From Dimorphilus gyrociliatus (taxonomy: Eukaryota > Animalia > Annelida): a stretch of 64,000 nucleotides of DNA. The notes beneath the pieces were generated by a model. That model was not told the DNA's origin and did no database searches. It worked only from the letters and a program-made list of their open reading frames with translations. The stretch spans positions 434,001 through 498,000 of the forward strand of contig CAJFCJ010000029.1 of NCBI GenBank assembly GCA_904063045.1, written 5' to 3'. The position numbers and the translations under genes were made by a program. This document shows, one piece after another, positions 62,661-64,000 of the stretch (position 1 is the first letter of the stretch; the number at the start of each line of letters is the position of its first letter).

Positions 62661-64000
62661 TCACTTTTGTTTTACAGCAGATAAGTCCGCATAGCGCGGA
62701 ACAATAGTTTTGTGTGTATCAGGTAGACACGACATTCGTCGCTCGACCGCCTCTTTATCTGTTTCGAGGAAGACGTGTTAATTTAAAAGTAAAGCAGTAT
62801 GGTTCATTTTATTTACAATCAATTAAGGTTTCTTTGTCCATGTCGTTTTTAGCATGTTGAGACAGATGCTGAAGGAGGATTTGGGCACTTTTGTATAACT
62901 GGAAACTCTGCCAAAAAAATATATTTTCAATTGATTCAAAAATAGCAATTATGAATTGTAAATTTACCTCTTCGTTTCTACCCATTAGTTCTTGCATAGG
63001 AGCCGATCGACACTATAAATACAAACTATATGTTATTTTTCTGAAATATCAAGGTGTAATTTCACCTACCAAATCAACAACATGCTGATATATAACTTTA
63101 TCGGCAATCCTGCTTAACTTTTCATAATCAAAGCCAGCATGGTTTTCCTTTTCGATATAATCTCGTTTAATATTACTACATACTTTTAAAGCTTTCTTAT
63201 AATTCGTATGAGCTTGACGAATAACTGTTGGAATAAGTAAATGAAATAAAAGCTTGAAAAGTTACACTAATTTAAAACTAACTTTGTACGACAGTAGGAG
63301 TTACTTGTAGTCGACCATTTTTATGCTCCACAGCAGTTAAACTGAGAACATTTTGTAACATATTGATAACTCGAAGGTAGAGGGCTAGTAGTTCAACAAT
63401 TTTCTGTTTATGCTCATTCATAAAGCTCAGACTAACATCTTCATTAGCATTTTCCAAGACAGGGCTACTTCTATCTTCTGCTAGCTGCATTATGTATTCA
63501 CAACTTCCTGTTGCAAAATCCAGTCTATTCACGAGCTCGTTATGAATGTTATTCAACAGTAGTTCGTCAGTCAAGTATGGTGTCTTCATTTCATCGGATT
63601 CATATCTTACAAGTGCATTTTGACCAACGGCTGCTTTTAAAATACCTTTTTGATGTTCGGACAGCTGAACTCTTCCACCACTCGGCAAATCCAATTTCGT
63701 TTCCGAATGCTTTCTCTCCATGTGGGATTCGAAGTCAATTTTTGATACAACTTTTGTAGGCGACTGAGCAATCGTTGGCAAGGATGATGGACTTGTGGCA
63801 GCCGCATGCATACCTGAACGGGATCTCGGCGAAGATCCGAAAGATCCAGAATTTCTTCTCCATGTCAATCCGGGAGACATGTGATCAGGAGGAGTACCAA
63901 TAGTAAAATGAGCTGTTGGAGGACTCATCGACTCGATGTCAATTCTTTCGATTGAATTTTTTCTCCTTCTTATCAAAGATGAACTTGTGGATGATAGGCT
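62661..64000 (-). CDS. ULK/Atg1: ULK1/2 (Atg1/unc-51) C-terminal region, partial (kinase domain lies beyond the window); exons >64000-63283, 63224-63070, 63012-62968, 62907-62817, 62758-62661
   Basis: Ser/Pro-rich linker with SPP..FTIGTPP, then tandem MIT-like EAT-domain motifs LALYLRV, ADKVIYQHVV, YKSAQILL and YKEAVERRM; intron phases are consistent. Confidence 0.85.

Noticed and set aside
16559-63759. Antisense ORFs overlapping NHL, ALDH2, NCX, dachsous, OSGIN, GPCR and ULK
   Set aside because: Typical shadow ORFs opposite real coding exons, with no independent motifs.
1-64000. Search for CRISPR arrays, tRNA/rRNA, transposase/RT ORFs, TIRs or LTRs
   Set aside because: None seen by eye; short degenerate elements cannot be excluded without RepeatMasker, tRNAscan or Infernal.

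Overview
Eukaryotic, AT-rich, gene-dense animal DNA with GT-AG introns mostly 54-96 nt long; no prokaryotic features, rRNA, tRNA, CRISPR or recognisable transposon. The gene content and compactness suggest a lophotrochozoan, probably a small-genome annelid such as Dimorphilus (inference only). I hand-spliced 16 protein-coding genes. In order: melatonin-receptor-like GPCR, GCNT-type glycosyltransferase, tandem GPB5 and GPA2 (thyrostimulin subunits), an orphan type II membrane protein, an NHL-only protein, a TPR protein head-to-head with ALDH2, an NCX Na/Ca exchanger with microexons, COX19 head-to-head with a full-length 27-repeat Dachsous, OSGIN head-to-head with a FMRFamide/MIP-receptor-like GPCR, a short KID-less CREB-family bZIP, a PDF/cerebrin neuropeptide precursor absent from the ORF track, a 153-aa orphan, and the 3' part of ULK/Atg1. 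The most interesting signal is at 56.3-59.1 kb. An intronless ICER-sized CREB gene lacking the kinase-inducible domain sits behind a cluster of CRE sites. It lies directly upstream of a PDF gene whose promoter carries an overlapping E-box/CRE, which suggests a candidate invertebrate ICER-like cAMP/clock feedback module. All splice models and motif calls were made by eye and need transcript evidence.
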